DNA of 64,000 nt, counting the filler, from Piptocephalis cylindrospora (lineage: Eukaryota): assembly GCA_003614145.1 (NCBI GenBank). It is 12 parts of 12 records of this genome, joined end to end, with 100 filler letters (N's around TTAATTAATTAA, not from the genome) between each part and the next. Parts side by side here need not be neighbours in the genome. Positions count along the whole stretch, not along the records: positions 32,599 to 37,907 come from KZ988403.1; positions 38,008 to 43,313 come from KZ988404.1; positions 43,414 to 48,710 come from KZ988405.1; 9 more parts are not named here. The stretch is one strand, 5' to 3'. Shown here piece after piece: positions 35,853-47,947 of the stretch (position 1 is the stretch's first letter; every line of letters starts with the position of its first letter). The position numbers and the translations under genes are program-made. The notes below the pieces were generated by a model. That model had not been told where the DNA came from. It ran no database searches and was given only the letters and a program-made list of their open reading frames with translations.

Positions 35853-37409
35853 GTAAACCCTATCCCCATGTCCTCCTATCTGTTCTAGGCATCCATCCAA
35901 CTTGAGCCGACGTGCATAGATCAATCCATCCATCCATCCATCCATCCATTCGTGTATTCGGCGATGTATGTTTACAGTACTTGGAGGATGTTCGCGTCTT
36001 CCAGGTAGTCATGGGACCGTAGAGATGGGTCATCGGTAGGATGGACGGATGGATGTATAGATCCCTACTGGCCCCCATCCATGCTCTCCATCTCAGGGTT
36101 TTACCGGGACGAATAAGGTCTAGGGGTACCTATTCATGCTCTCGAGTCAGTATCTCGTCGTGGTAGGCTTTGTTGTGGTGGGCTCATGGTTGGTTGGCTA
36201 GGTAGTACTTGAGCACGTTCTTGTTGGGATTGTCTTTTCTCCTGTAAAGTTCAGATGCATGGATAAGCGGAGGAGGCTGTGGTCTAGAGTCTTGTACATA
36301 TCTTTTGTACGTATCTCGTCACCCATGTCCATATTTCTTTATCCTGCTCTGCTTTTTACTTCTATCCCCCTTCCCCGAACCTTCTTCCCTCCCCTTCTTC
36401 CTTTCCCCCTTCTACACGACACTCGCACTTTCTCCGGGTCTAGTCCTGCGCATGTCCTATCTCCATTCTCCTTGTTATTTCAAAGACCTAATTCTTGTCC
36501 ACCTGGCGAGGAAAGGGTCTTTGAGAGAACAAGGGAATGGTGTAGGGGGGCAGTGTTTGCGTGTGGATTATGCTGTCTGGGAGCAAAAGCGCCCTAGTGG
36601 ATCCTTGTCCTTTCTACATGCTCCTTATCTTTTTTCTTTCTTGGTCTACATGCGTCCTCCTTTTCCTAGGCGGGGGCGGTATGATCATGAGGGAAAAAAG
36701 GGTAAAGAGATATGACTGGGGCCTGGACACCCTCTGGTTCGGCGAAAGCCATGCTCCTCGGTGCTTGCATCGTTGTTGCCTTGGAGAGCGTGGAATTTAG
36801 TAGGGTGAGACGGGATATTTCTTCTCTTCACCCCCCCTATATTCTGCGTGTCTTCTTCCAGTTGTCCATCACTTGCCTTGCTGGTCTTGTTTCCCCTTAT
36901 GGAGAGGATATGAGTCAGTGGTGCTCGTGTGTAGTAGTAGTAGTGGTGGTGGTGGTTGCAAGGACCAGAGAGAGGAAGGAAGAGGGAGTACTGGGGATGA
37001 GTAAGGTATGTGATGGACATTTGTCTTTCGTGTACCTTACTTTCCCCTTGTGCTCTTTCTACCCTTTCCCCCTTTCACGAATGCTATCTTGAATCGTTGG
37101 TGAAGGAGAGGGTTAAGTAGGTTTAGGAAGCCATTGTGAGGAGTCGTGGATGCGGAACTAAGAGATGATTGAGGAGAATGAGTTGGAGTAAAGTGGAGAG
37201 GTTCGGATAGACTAGGATATGATTATGTTCTTGTTACCATCCGGATCTCTTTATTCCATCTCTCCTCTCTTCAGTCATCTCCTAGGTCCACATACACCTT
37301 CTCGCAAGCTTGGCTACCCTGGACCTCCTCCCACCTTTCCCTTCGACACTCATTCTAGTCTCTTCTGACATGCTGGTCCTTACTCCCTTCCTTCCTTCTC
37401 TTTCTATAG
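35853..37409 (+). other. Putative ~1.55-kb 5'-UTR intron of RPS22, rich in RNA hairpins
   Basis: AAG|GTAAAC donor after a pyrimidine-rich leader, CTGAC branch at about 37365, polypyrimidine tract and TAG acceptor at 37409, 44 nt before the ATG. No credible ORF inside. Confidence 0.6.
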
Positions 37410-37453
37410 CCTTTCGCACGATCCGTGTCTAGTCGTCGTCCTCCACTTTCACC

Positions 37454-37846
37454 ATGGTCCGTATCTCCGTCCTCAACGATTGCCTCAAGAGCATCAACAA
37501 CGCCGAGAAGCGCGGTAAGCGTCAGGTTCTTATCCGTCCCTCCTCCAAGGTGATCGTCAAGTTCCTCTCCGTCATGCAGCGTCACGGCTACATTGGCGAA
37601 TTCGAGGAGATCGATGATCATCGCTCCGGCAAGATCGTCATCCAGCTCATCGGTCGCATCAACAAGTGCGGTGTCATCTCCCCTCGCTTCAACGTCAAGC
37701 TTTCCGATTTCGAGAAGTGGATCAACAACCTTCTTCCCTCCCGTCAGGTCGGTTACGTCGTCTTCACCACCTCCGCTGGTATCATGGACCACGAGGAGGC
37801 TCGTCGCAAGCACACTGGTGGCAAGATCCTCGGTTACTTCTACTAA
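37454..37846 (+). CDS. RPS22: 40S ribosomal protein S22 / uS8 (RPS15A)
   Basis: [34 protein letters not shown]...[11 protein letters not shown], 130 aa, strong codon bias. Confidence 0.98.
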   Translation: MVRISVLNDCLKSINNAEKRGKRQVLIRPSSKVIVKFLSVMQRHGYIGEFEEIDDHRSGKIVIQLIGRINKCGVISPRFNVKLSDFEKWINNLLPSRQVGYVVFTTSAGIMDHEEARRKHTGGKILGYFY

Positions 37847-40260
37847 GTTTCCCCGGATCCCTCCCTCTTCTCTCCCTCTAGCTGGCTGTCCTGGGTAACT
37901 GGTTTAGNNNNNNNNNNNNNNNNNNNNNNNNNNNNNNNNNNNNNNNNNNNNTTAATTAATTAANNNNNNNNNNNNNNNNNNNNNNNNNNNNNNNNNNNNN
38001 NNNNNNNAAGGAAGCGATGTCCACACGAGGTAGCATGGTGAGATCTCGGAGTCAGGTAGAGTTGTACGGGATGCAGTAAAAAAGGAGATAATAGAAGGGG
38101 GAGAGGGATGAGGGGATGGGGACAGAGAGAAGGGAAAGCCAACGGGAATACACAAAGGATACTCTTGGACAAGGAGGGAAGGTGATGATAGAAAGGGAAG
38201 GGGGGAGGAGGAGGAAAGGGAGAGGAAAAGAGATAGATAAAAAGGGAGGGAGGGATGATGGAAGGGATAGATAGGGAGTGGAGGGTATGAAGAGAAAAAA
38301 AGTGAGCAAGGTAGAGGGTGAAGGAAGAATGAGGTGATACGGGACAGAGGATGACAGGCTGGAGCCAGGACTCTCCCTCTTATATACTTAAAATGGCCTT
38401 GGGTCCCGGAAAAAGGGTCAAGCGAAGTAGCCAGAGGTCAGAGGGTATCGTCGCAGTCAGCAACACTAACAATATGAGAGCAACACAGCCCTAGCCAATG
38501 GCGATAGGGGGCATGACCAGACTACAACCCACAACCTGGAGGGTCACATGCTCCTCTTTTCCCAGGGTTGCGTGTGTGCGGAACCCACCCCCCATATCCG
38601 GGTCATGGCGATGATCCTTTCCGCGCATCGCCAGTATCTGAACTTGCAATAGTATGGCGCTCAGAGCAGAATGCTCATGCTCACACATCATTGTCTTCCA
38701 CTCATTGCTCTTTCAAGGTTAAAGCCATGACCAAGAAGGAGATAGATGATGATTTTCGTGTTACCATCGTCGGCGAGGAGCTCGTGAAGGCCTGGGAGAG
38801 TAGGTTGTAGTTAGGATGCTGATCCCCTGCAGTTTGGCCAACTCAATCATGGAGAGTTGATCTAACTAGGACAATGAATCTAGATGGTGAGGTCGAGCAT
38901 GTCAATGAAGGAGGATGGTCAATAAGGTCCCGGACACGGCTCTATCCCTTCTCCCCCTTAATCAAATAATTCAATGCCTTATGGAATCATTGATCGTTCA
39001 CTCACTGCTCTAGACCGCTGACTTTTGATGACGAACTCCAAGCTCTCTAGATACAGCATGTCTCTTCATCTTCACCATATCACTCATCGTTCCAGGCGGA
39101 ATGCTCCTCGGGCACGCAATACTCTCTTCATGAGGCGGTGTTTCATGAAACCTGGATTCATAGGATACATTGTGTCGGTGTGTATGAAGGTTTGAAGAAT
39201 GAAGGCGGCTCATTCATCCTCTCATTAGCCCTTGATCTATCGCAATGGACTAGGGGGATGAAACGGAGGGGACTAGGCCTTTCCAAGACACCAGGAACCT
39301 AAAGCATCTTCACTGCGCAGTCGGTCACTCCATGTGTTCCTCGGGATGGGGGGATATGTGAGTTGTTCCCCCAGTCATCGAATTGTTCAAGCACACAATT
39401 TCCACATCAAGACATCCCAGTGGTGGTGAGTGTTCCACGGACAAAAGCACGAAAAATGGCAATGGCAAAATCAGCAGGGGATAAGCCTGCTTTCCCCTCC
39501 GCCATACGAAGGATAGGTGAATCGAATGGCGTGCTCATCCGCCTCCCCAACTTGCTACTTGTCTTGGCCTTTTGTGCTGACATTGACCCTCCCCTCGCCC
39601 CACCACTGCACGTTGCTATACTCCGATTCGTACTCCGGTATCACCAACAACCCCCTTACCCTGTGACTGGCCTTCATCAGACGCTCTTCCTCTGTTCCTC
39701 CCCTCTTCCTCCATTTTGCCTTGGAGATGGGGTAGCCATCAATTCCTTTACCGAATCCTGAAATGCATAAGTATCTCCGGATCCCTGAACGGCTTGTCCT
39801 TTTACCCTCTGTCGCTCCTTCCTTCCCGTTTCTTCTTTTTGTCTGGCTCAACTCTGTGTGTACCCTTCCATCCTCTCTCTCCTTTTCTTCTTTTCCTTCC
39901 TTCCCCAGGCCTCCTTTCCCCGTCCTTCCCACTCAAACCAAATCACCTTTGACTCCTTTTCTTTGTCTCCCTTTTCCACCACCATCCTCTCCATTCACCC
40001 CTCCCCTTTTTTCCTCACCCGACCGGCCGACCCTCTGCCCTAGTCACGGCTTCCCGACGACGACGACGACGATAACAACAACAACTATTACGACCACAGT
40101 GAAATAACCTTACTTCTAAACGTCCACCTTTTCCTCTCGTACCCTGGTACTACTTGACCTTCTCCGACGCTACGTCCTTTTTTAAAAAGTCTCACCCCTC
40201 CTTTGCGCTCGCTCCGTACTCTTCTCTCCCTTCCCTTTCCTTCTCTTCTTCTCCTCCAAT

Positions 40261-41436
40261 ATGCTCAAAATCACTGGACGTAAGCGATACTGCCTTGGTC
40301 TCCTCGCCTTACTGGCCGTGGTGATCATTTGGGTGGGCTCCTCCTTTGCCGTCAACAGTATCTTCACCGATCAGGCCTACAATAAGCCCTTCTTCCTCAC
40401 CTACCTCAATACTGGTACATTTTCCTTTTATCTGGTCATTTACGCTGCCAAGGCTCAGTGGAGAAAGTACCGGGCCTCCGGTCATTCAAATTCGCTAACC
40501 CGCGCAGAGCGGAGCCCAAGTCAGAACTACGGGTCTATCGAGCGGAAGCAGGAGGATGGGATGATTCAGGATTCAGTTGATGCTTCCGCTCCTCAGGATA
40601 TGCTCTCACGAGCCCAAGTCATCAAGCTTTCCTTGGCCTTTTGCATTCTTTGGTTCTTGGCTAATTGGTGCTCCAATGCCTCATTTGCCTACACTACCGT
40701 TGCCTCTGGCACGATCCTCGCCTCTACCTCGGGCCTGTTTACCCTCCTCATTGGAGTGGTGTGTGGTACGGAAAAGTTCACGCTAATCAAGTGCCTTGCC
40801 GTCCTCGGGAGCATTGGAGGTGTCGTTTGCGTCTCTCTGTCGGATCTTGCAAATAATTCTTTGACCGGGTCCGATGCCGCTCTTACCCTCCGAGGCGACA
40901 TCCTTGCCCTGATCGGCGCAGCTCTGTACGGAGCTTATACCGTCCTCCTCAAGCGTGGGATGGGTGATGAGAGCCGGGTAGACATGAGTCTCTTCTTTGG
41001 CTTTGTCGGCATCTTCAACCTCATCCTCCTTTGGCCCATCTTTTTCATCTTTCACTACACTGGTGTGGAAACCTTTGAGCTCCCGTCTACTCAGCTGATT
41101 TGGGCCATGCTCTTGGTCAATGCCCTGGTCGGAACTTTCCTCTCCGATTACCTTTGGCTTCTGGCCATGCTCATGACCTCACCCTTGGTCGTGACTCTAG
41201 GCCTCTCTCTCACCATCCCTTTGGCCCTTGTGGGAGACATTGTCGGGAAAGGTATCCAAGTCAATGGCCTTTACTGGCTTGGCGCTGGTCTTGTCCTCCT
41301 TGGGTTCCTTGGTGTCAATGGAGCCGAGGTGAATGACCACGAAGACAAGGAGGATGAGGTCAAAAAGAGTGATCGGAAGGAAATGTCCATGTCAGTTTCT
41401 TCCATCTCCGATCAAACCACCTACTCCCGTCTCTAG
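40261..41436 (+). CDS. DMT/EamA-type transporter (SLC35F5 / yeast YML018C-Thi74-like)
   Basis: IWVGSS, YNKPFFLTYLNT, FCILWFLANW, TILASTSGLFTL, FFGFVGIFN, SDYLW..MTSPLVVTLGLSLTIPLA. Confidence 0.88.
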   Translation: MLKITGRKRYCLGLLALLAVVIIWVGSSFAVNSIFTDQAYNKPFFLTYLNTGTFSFYLVIYAAKAQWRKYRASGHSNSLTRAERSPSQNYGSIERKQEDGMIQDSVDASAPQDMLSRAQVIKLSLAFCILWFLANWCSNASFAYTTVASGTILASTSGLFTLLIGVVCGTEKFTLIKCLAVLGSIGGVVCVSLSDLANNSLTGSDAALTLRGDILALIGAALYGAYTVLLKRGMGDESRVDMSLFFGFVGIFNLILLWPIFFIFHYTGVETFELPSTQLIWAMLLVNALVGTFLSDYLWLLAMLMTSPLVVTLGLSLTIPLALVGDIVGKGIQVNGLYWLGAGLVLLGFLGVNGAEVNDHEDKEDEVKKSDRKEMSMSVSSISDQTTYSRL

Positions 41437-41906
41437 AAGATTTCGTTGTCCCCCCCCCCCCCCCCGTATCCCGTACACCGTACCCCGCACCCCTCCCCCC
41501 CCCCCTCCTTTCTCTCACTCTCCTTCACTCACTCTATTTGTGCTATATGGTCTTCAGACCGGCTCTCCCCTCACCTTCCCCTTTGCATGTTTAATAGGAC
41601 ATTTTCCCTATAGCTGAGGTGTATATTGTTGTTCACGATATAGAGGGGGAAGAAGGAGAGAGAAATGGAGAGGAAAGACAGGAATTGGAGAGACATCATC
41701 ATCACAGTCATTTTATAACCACCGAGGTACGGCAAAGTGTCAACAGATGAGTGTCGACGCGTCACGGAGATCACACGCTGGGGGACGTTCCTCATTCATA
41801 AAAGCGATGATATTGATAGAGGCGTGTAACTAAAGATCCATTTCCACACCCGGGCAACGCCATCCCTCTTACTCGACCCTAACCGGCTCTGATACTTCTC
41901 ATCCTA

Positions 41907-43313
41907 TCAAAGAGTAGGGGCAGGTGACCGATTGGCCGATGAAGCCTGCGGGATTCCCACTAAATTCAGGGAGAACCCAGTGGAGTCCCCCATCACTTGA
42001 GCATAGTCAATAGCCGCCAGGGGCTGAGACCCACCTTCACCAAGCCGGGAAAGGTCCCTGACTTCCTCAGTCGAAGTAACCCGGGGGGAAAGAGTCATGA
42101 CCAAAGGCCTGGGCTCTTCCTTTCCCGTGCCCCGTAAGAGACTTTGTCGCTTGGCCAGTAGGACAGCTTCTTCGGCTTCGCGGACTTGACGGAGAGTTTG
42201 CTCCCGGTTTCGGGCATTTACTTCAGCCAACGCCATCATTTTCGGGTCCATGCGACTCTGAGCCATGCGTTCATCCAGATCCTGTAGCAGCCTATTCAGC
42301 TCCATCACTTTTTCCATGTCCTTCGCCTCTATGGCTTCATCACGCTCCCGAGTCATTTGTCCCCGTGCTCGAACAGTTGTCATCCCCACTAGAGATCGCT
42401 TCAAACGGATCATCTCTTCCACCTCCTCGGCGGACAGTGTATAGCTTTTAGCTTCGTCAAACTCCATCTTTTTCCTCTGGAGTTCAGCGCGGGTAGGCAC
42501 GTCCACCTTGTCCGCCTTGCACACTTTGATGAGCCTTTCCACTTCTCTCTAAAGTGGTAAAAGGGCGGGGATGACGTTAAGCTATGAGCATTTCATTAGA
42601 TACCTTGTAAGCATAAATCAACGTACTGTACGGAGGGGGCCATTGGAGGCAAAGGCAAAGGTAAACTTCTTCTTGGACCCACCATGGGAGCATATGGCTC
42701 CCTTGTTCGTCATTGTGTTGCCCAGTGGGTAAGCCTTGGTGGTCTCAAAAACCTCTGTAGAGGATTTACAAGAGGGAGGAGAGGCGCGGTGTAAGTGATC
42801 CCGTCTGAAAGATTGGGTGAATAAACAAAGCACCGCTCAGCGCGTACCTTCAATACGGACGAGACGGTAAACGGACTCGCCAGTTTCGGCATTAGGCCCA
42901 ATATTATTGCGCAGGTATGCACCTAAAAATGATAGCAGGAAATGATCAGAGGAAATCTGACCTTCTATCCAACGGAAACCGAGATACGTACCCGTGGCGA
43001 CCTTGTTAAAATAAGGCATGTTGATCCACTTTTCCAGGAGAGTCCGAGTCATGCGGATGGGCTCGAAATCATCCTTGGTGGGGTCAGGTTCCGTGGATAC
43101 AAGCACGCTGGTGCTTCCGTGAGCCCGGAGATCCGCACCCTTTCTCTCTGGAATGTCCAGAATAGCCCCTCTTCCCTTAGTCCCTGGTTCTCGATATTCC
43201 CTATCCTCCTCTGCCTTGTAGTCGTCATCGCTATCCTGATCCGAGGTCCTGGGCCGCTTGCCGCTATCTCGGGACTCCCGGAGGCGCTTCAACTTTTCCC
43301 GACCCTTCGCATG
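41907..43313 (-). CDS. RTF1: Paf1 complex subunit Rtf1 (Plus3 domain), multi-exon, 5'-truncated
   Basis: IRMTRTLLEKW..MPYF, GAYLRNNIG...VYRLVRI, Y.LG..TNK..HGGSKKKF..ASN, and EVNARNREQ coiled coil. Confidence 0.85.
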
Positions 43314-43772
43314 NNNNNNNNNNNNNNNNNNNNNNNNNNNNNNNNNNNNNNNNNNNNTTAATTAATTAANNNNNNNNNNNNNNNNNNNNNNNNNNNNNNN
43401 NNNNNNNNNNNNNTCCGGATGATTGTATTTCTCGTTATTACTTATCCCTTTCAGTCTCTTCATTTCCCTCCTCCTCCTCCTCCTCCTCCTCCTCCTCCTC
43501 CTCCTCTGGGATGTATGGGGTTTCCAATGTGCATATGGAGGAGAGGGGATCAAGACTGGTGGAGAGGAGAGCCTCATAATCATCCTCATCCTCCAAAAGT
43601 GGGATCATCTCTAGAGGAGCCAGAGTAATATTACCATGCCAAATGGGGTTAACCGATACGGGCAGATAAGCATCAGGGAAATCTCGGTGAATTTGCTCTG
43701 TAAGAGTGACTACGGAGACGGAGGAGTGGGTCTTCCCTACAGATGATTATGGTGGGAGGTCGGTGAGTGGGA

Positions 43773-44399
43773 TCATTTCCTTGCTTGTGCGCAAAATCCC
43801 TTGCAAAATAAGGCAGAAATGATCTTACCTGTTCGACTACTACCAGTCTCTAATGTACTATCATTCAACGTAGCTTGGTCCGTAGTGTTCATCTGATCGA
43901 TCATTACATCGAGCCTTTTGTTCTCTTCATGATCTGAGGCGTCAATAGAGCCCTCTCCTGCTTTATGGTTCAGAGTACTCCTCTTTCCCGCCTTCTCTTC
44001 CTCATCGATGCTATTTTTTACATCAGAGAGATCCTTCTCGATCACATCCCTTGGATCATGATCATTCACATCATCAGCGATCCCCTCCTCTATCTCCTCA
44101 TCGTCCCCAATTGGAATGGCGGCGGCCTCGCAGAGCAACAGATAATCCACAAATCTTCTTATCACCTCCAGATCCAAAGGGCTGGGCGAAGCGTGGGTGG
44201 GGACAAGGAGGAGAAGAAGCAAAAGCCGTTCTACCAACCCCGGATCCCAGCTGACTCGGGAAAGGAGGCGTAGGATATGAGGGGCCCGTTCGGAAAGACG
44301 AAGGAGGTTGGGATAGGCAGCGGCTTGAAGAGGGATGAGGGAGTGGAAGGCCAGGAGGCGTCCGATCCGTTGGCATGTACGGTGGACAGGTTGGAGCAT
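43773..44399 (-). CDS. Hypothetical protein (first exon)
   Basis: Open frame MLQPVHRTCQ... with a hydrophobic segment and an acidic region. TATA-like TATATA at about 44760. No recognisable family. Confidence 0.35.
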   Translation of the reverse strand: MLQPVHRTCQRIGRLLAFHSLIPLQAAAYPNLLRLSERAPHILRLLSRVSWDPGLVERLLLLLLLVPTHASPSPLDLEVIRRFVDYLLLCEAAAIPIGDDEEIEEGIADDVNDHDPRDVIEKDLSDVKNSIDEEEKAGKRSTLNHKAGEGSIDASDHEENKRLDVMIDQMNTTDQATLNDSTLETGSSRTGKIISALFCKGFCAQARK

Positions 44400-45731
44400 T
44401 AAGAATGGGAACGACTGTATGAGGGCGGAAGTCAGGAAATGAGTTGAGAGGAAGGAGAGGCCGGAAGAAGTGAATGGGTCAGTGAGGGAAGAAAGGGAGA
44501 ATCGGAGAGACACAAGAGTCAAGGGATGAGAGGAACGAAGGAAAGGGATAAGTAAGGAAGAGAAAAGCAAGCTTCCGGGAACGACTGGACTGGGAGGGCT
44601 TAACCACCCTAGATGCCTGAACTAGCCTGCCTTTTTGTTCATTGCACATGACAGAAAAAGGGCGCAGACCCAGGCAGAGATAGGCAATGGGGCTGCGGGG
44701 TTGCTAGGCAGGAGTGCGGCTGGGGAAGCCTTTGCACAGCCCCTGCCACGTCGAGGTGTATATATACATAAGTGTGTGTGTGAGGGAGAGAGGAGGGTGG
44801 CCTTGTGGGGGGTCACACTCATACCTTTTCACACACACACACGCTGAGAATGAAATTTTCATTCAAGGCTGGCCTTGAACATCTGCTATAAAGAATCCAT
44901 GGGGCTTGGTCCCTTGGCGTGGAGGATCAGTCAAATGATGTTCTTCAATTTCGGACTCCACTTCTAGTCCTGCGGCTGCACATGGCAATCTCCCTCCTAT
45001 GAGGATAAATCAGACCACTTTTCCAATGGTAGGATCCGCAGCATGGAGATCTGGAAAGAGAATGGCTATGCTTTCTTTAAATGACAGAGCTAGGGCCAAT
45101 ATTATTAGTGGATGGGATTATGATTATTTCTTAAAGAATGAACTTGATCAAGGGGTTTCCTGATAATAAACGTAGACGCTTCATGATTGTGGGTACGGAT
45201 TTATCAAGACTGAAGTAATGCATTATGAATGACCTTTTTTACAGCAACAAATTCTGTGTGATCGTTTATAAGTTTTGACGATTACCATTCAATGAAATGG
45301 CTCCTTGGGACAAGACCTTTGTTGGGCACAACCACCTCCCTTAGATATCCCCGGTCAAACTTATAACTACTCTTGTCCTTCGGACACTTGGATTTATATT
45401 GCCCCATCACCTCTTTATTAGGCCCCATGATGGTATAGATGCTAACATGACATTGTCTGGACTAGAATTTACCATAAGCTGCAAGGCCGAATGTGTGTGT
45501 ACATCCTCAAACTCCCCTTTGCTACGGACCGAAGAAATGACTAGGCACATGGACACCCTTCTCCTCTCCCCTGTCTACACTCATGTGATTGCTACCCATG
45601 ATCACCGTGGCAGAGAGTACCTGACAATGCTATTAATGTAAGCTGAAAATGTCCATGACCTTCCTCTTTGTCTCACCACCCATCTTGCTTTACTCCATCC
45701 CTTTTTGATAGATTCACTCATACCCATCAGT

Positions 45732-47201
45732 ATGTCCTTCCAAGAGCTACCGATTGAGCTTCTTGACCATGTTATTCAGCTTTTAGATCCATCCTCTCTC
45801 TTGAGCCTTGCTAGCGTTTGTCGATTTCTCCATGATTACATCCTATCACAGGATCGAATTTGGCGAGAAGTGCGTACTCGTCACTTCCCCCTCGTCCGCT
45901 CCTCCATGTTCAAGGGCGAATCTTTGGCATGGATGAAGGAGGAAATGGGGCGAAGGGGTTCTTGGGGCCGGGATGCCTCCAGATCTTCCCTCATTTGGTC
46001 CTCCCCCACTGGGGCCAGTGTAACACAAGTTACCTGTCATACGGAATATTGGAGGATTCTGACAGATGATGGACTGGTCTCCTATACACCCAGGACTTCC
46101 CCTTACTTTAGGACCACCGAACCGAATTCAAGACTTCCCCATCCTATTCACACGGGGATCCGAAAGGGGAAGCTGTACGGACCGTACATCATTGGACCGG
46201 GTGCGGGGGATGATCTAATAGTCTTTCCCCTGCCAACGTCCCCGCACCAGGAGGAGTGCTCCACTCCAGGCCCTCTCACCTCCATTCAGCTCAAGGAACT
46301 TCCCACATCCCCTCACACTATTCTCCCTTACATCCGTGATCTCTTTTCCATTTCCCTCGCCCTGGAGACTGGCCACTGCTATCGACAGATGGGAGTAACA
46401 GATGATTTATTGACCATACGGGGCTGGAATGACCTAAGTGTCTGGAACCTTTCCTTGCGGTCGTGCATCTTCTCTGGACCTGGGTGGTCCTACTGCGCTC
46501 CTCGTCCATTGTGTACTAAGGAGTACCGAAATACCATGGTTCCGAAGCAAAATGCTCAGCAGTTAGCTCTGATTAATGCTCAACATCATTCTTTCCAGCT
46601 CCTCCGTCTTTCCCCTTCTACTCGGATGGATATGGAGGAGGGGGAGGAGCTGGAGACTGAAGAGTGGGAAACCGTCTGGACCTTCACTAGCCATAAGCCA
46701 ATAGAGGCAGCTGTGTGGATGCGTGGTGGGGATCGTCTGGTACTATATGGTCGACATCCTAATACCTGGGCCCTCGTCTTTCAGGTCCCATGGAGCTGGC
46801 CAGGGAAGGTGCGGGAGGTGTGTCGTTTTGATCTGGAGCCCTCCTACCTCCCATTGCGTCTATGCCCCGAAGAGGAGATCTTTCTCTCCACACCCTTGCA
46901 GCACTTTGCTGAAAAGGTCTCCTTTCACTCTCTCAGTACTGGGTCCCTTCTGACTGAGCGATCCTTTGACCGAGGCACCTTTTCCCTGCACTCAACCTCC
47001 CAAGGCACTTTTCTAGCCCTGCGGCACCATCGACTGGATGTCCATACCTTTCGTGGAGGAAAATGGGGGGAGAGATTGTATCGCTTCAACCAGACCATTG
47101 GAGCTCCCGGGGGGATTTGCAGCGCAGGGGATGCTCAAGGATTCTGTATTTGGCGGGCCAATGACACTAAGGCCCTTATGGTCGACCTTGCTTCGATGTA
47201 G
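45732..47201 (+). CDS. F-box protein
   Basis: N-terminal F-box MSFQELPIELLDHVIQLLDPSSLLSLASVCRFLH...IWR, followed by a beta-rich (propeller-like) region. Intronless. Confidence 0.8.
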   Translation: MSFQELPIELLDHVIQLLDPSSLLSLASVCRFLHDYILSQDRIWREVRTRHFPLVRSSMFKGESLAWMKEEMGRRGSWGRDASRSSLIWSSPTGASVTQVTCHTEYWRILTDDGLVSYTPRTSPYFRTTEPNSRLPHPIHTGIRKGKLYGPYIIGPGAGDDLIVFPLPTSPHQEECSTPGPLTSIQLKELPTSPHTILPYIRDLFSISLALETGHCYRQMGVTDDLLTIRGWNDLSVWNLSLRSCIFSGPGWSYCAPRPLCTKEYRNTMVPKQNAQQLALINAQHHSFQLLRLSPSTRMDMEEGEELETEEWETVWTFTSHKPIEAAVWMRGGDRLVLYGRHPNTWALVFQVPWSWPGKVREVCRFDLEPSYLPLRLCPEEEIFLSTPLQHFAEKVSFHSLSTGSLLTERSFDRGTFSLHSTSQGTFLALRHHRLDVHTFRGGKWGERLYRFNQTIGAPGGICSAGDAQGFCIWRANDTKALMVDLASM

Positions 47202-47947
47202 TAGCAGGAGAGTGGTGGAGTTTATCTTTCTCAATATGCCTTGAGCATGCATCTTATCCATCATTACACATGTCTTTGCCTTATACTCCTTCCATATCTT
47301 TCTTGGGCTCATTAGAGGAGGATCGGATATCTCCAGGAGACATGGGGATTCTACCTTTTCACAAGATGAGATATTCTTAGCATCTCCGCCTTGCTCCAAA
47401 CACCTTCGCAGTATAAGACCTTCAAGAATGTGTGGGTAGCACAGGAATATCTCTTGGTAGTCATTTTTCTCCATGAACTAAAAATAGGCATCAGCATATG
47501 AAGTGATCTAGTGTGCGTATGTGTGTGCGTATCCGTGCAAATGGAGCGATCGAACAGCGGGTCAGGAAGACGCATCATGATGGTGTAAAGTCCGACTCCA
47601 CGTTCACGAAAGTGTGCCCTGCTAAAAATATACTACCAACTCCGATTTCTGGCTTAATCAACATCAAGGCTTGCCTCCTGCCGCTCGGGGCCATGGCATG
47701 GGCCAGTCTTTGGATGTATTCTAATCTTAGACTGCTCATTTTTAGATATCTTCCTGAGGGCATCTCTAGGAGAAGATACGCTGAGAATTGTGTATAAAAG
47801 CTCAGAGAATCAACCCGCCTTTTCCTCATCCCATCTTGCTTTCACCATCCACTCTCCTCACCCTTTACCAATCAGTTCAAGCATCACTCTTCGCATTAAC
47901 TATCGCATCTAGCATTTTCATTTTGTCTTATCATCCAAATCACCAGC

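Noticed and set aside
35853..37409. Identification of the structured intron as U3, snR30/U17, RNase P/MRP or telomerase RNA
   Set aside because: I did not find the diagnostic motifs (U3 boxes A/B, U17 m1/m2, the P4 consensus, or a CUAACCCU template).
38008..38037. Minus-strand gene start MLPRVDIAS with an upstream TATA near 38381
   Set aside because: Only about 10 codons before the contig end, too little to identify.
43467..43506. (CCT)n, (CT)n, (GT)n and similar microsatellites throughout the window
   Set aside because: Ordinary simple repeats typical of this genome's UTRs and introns.
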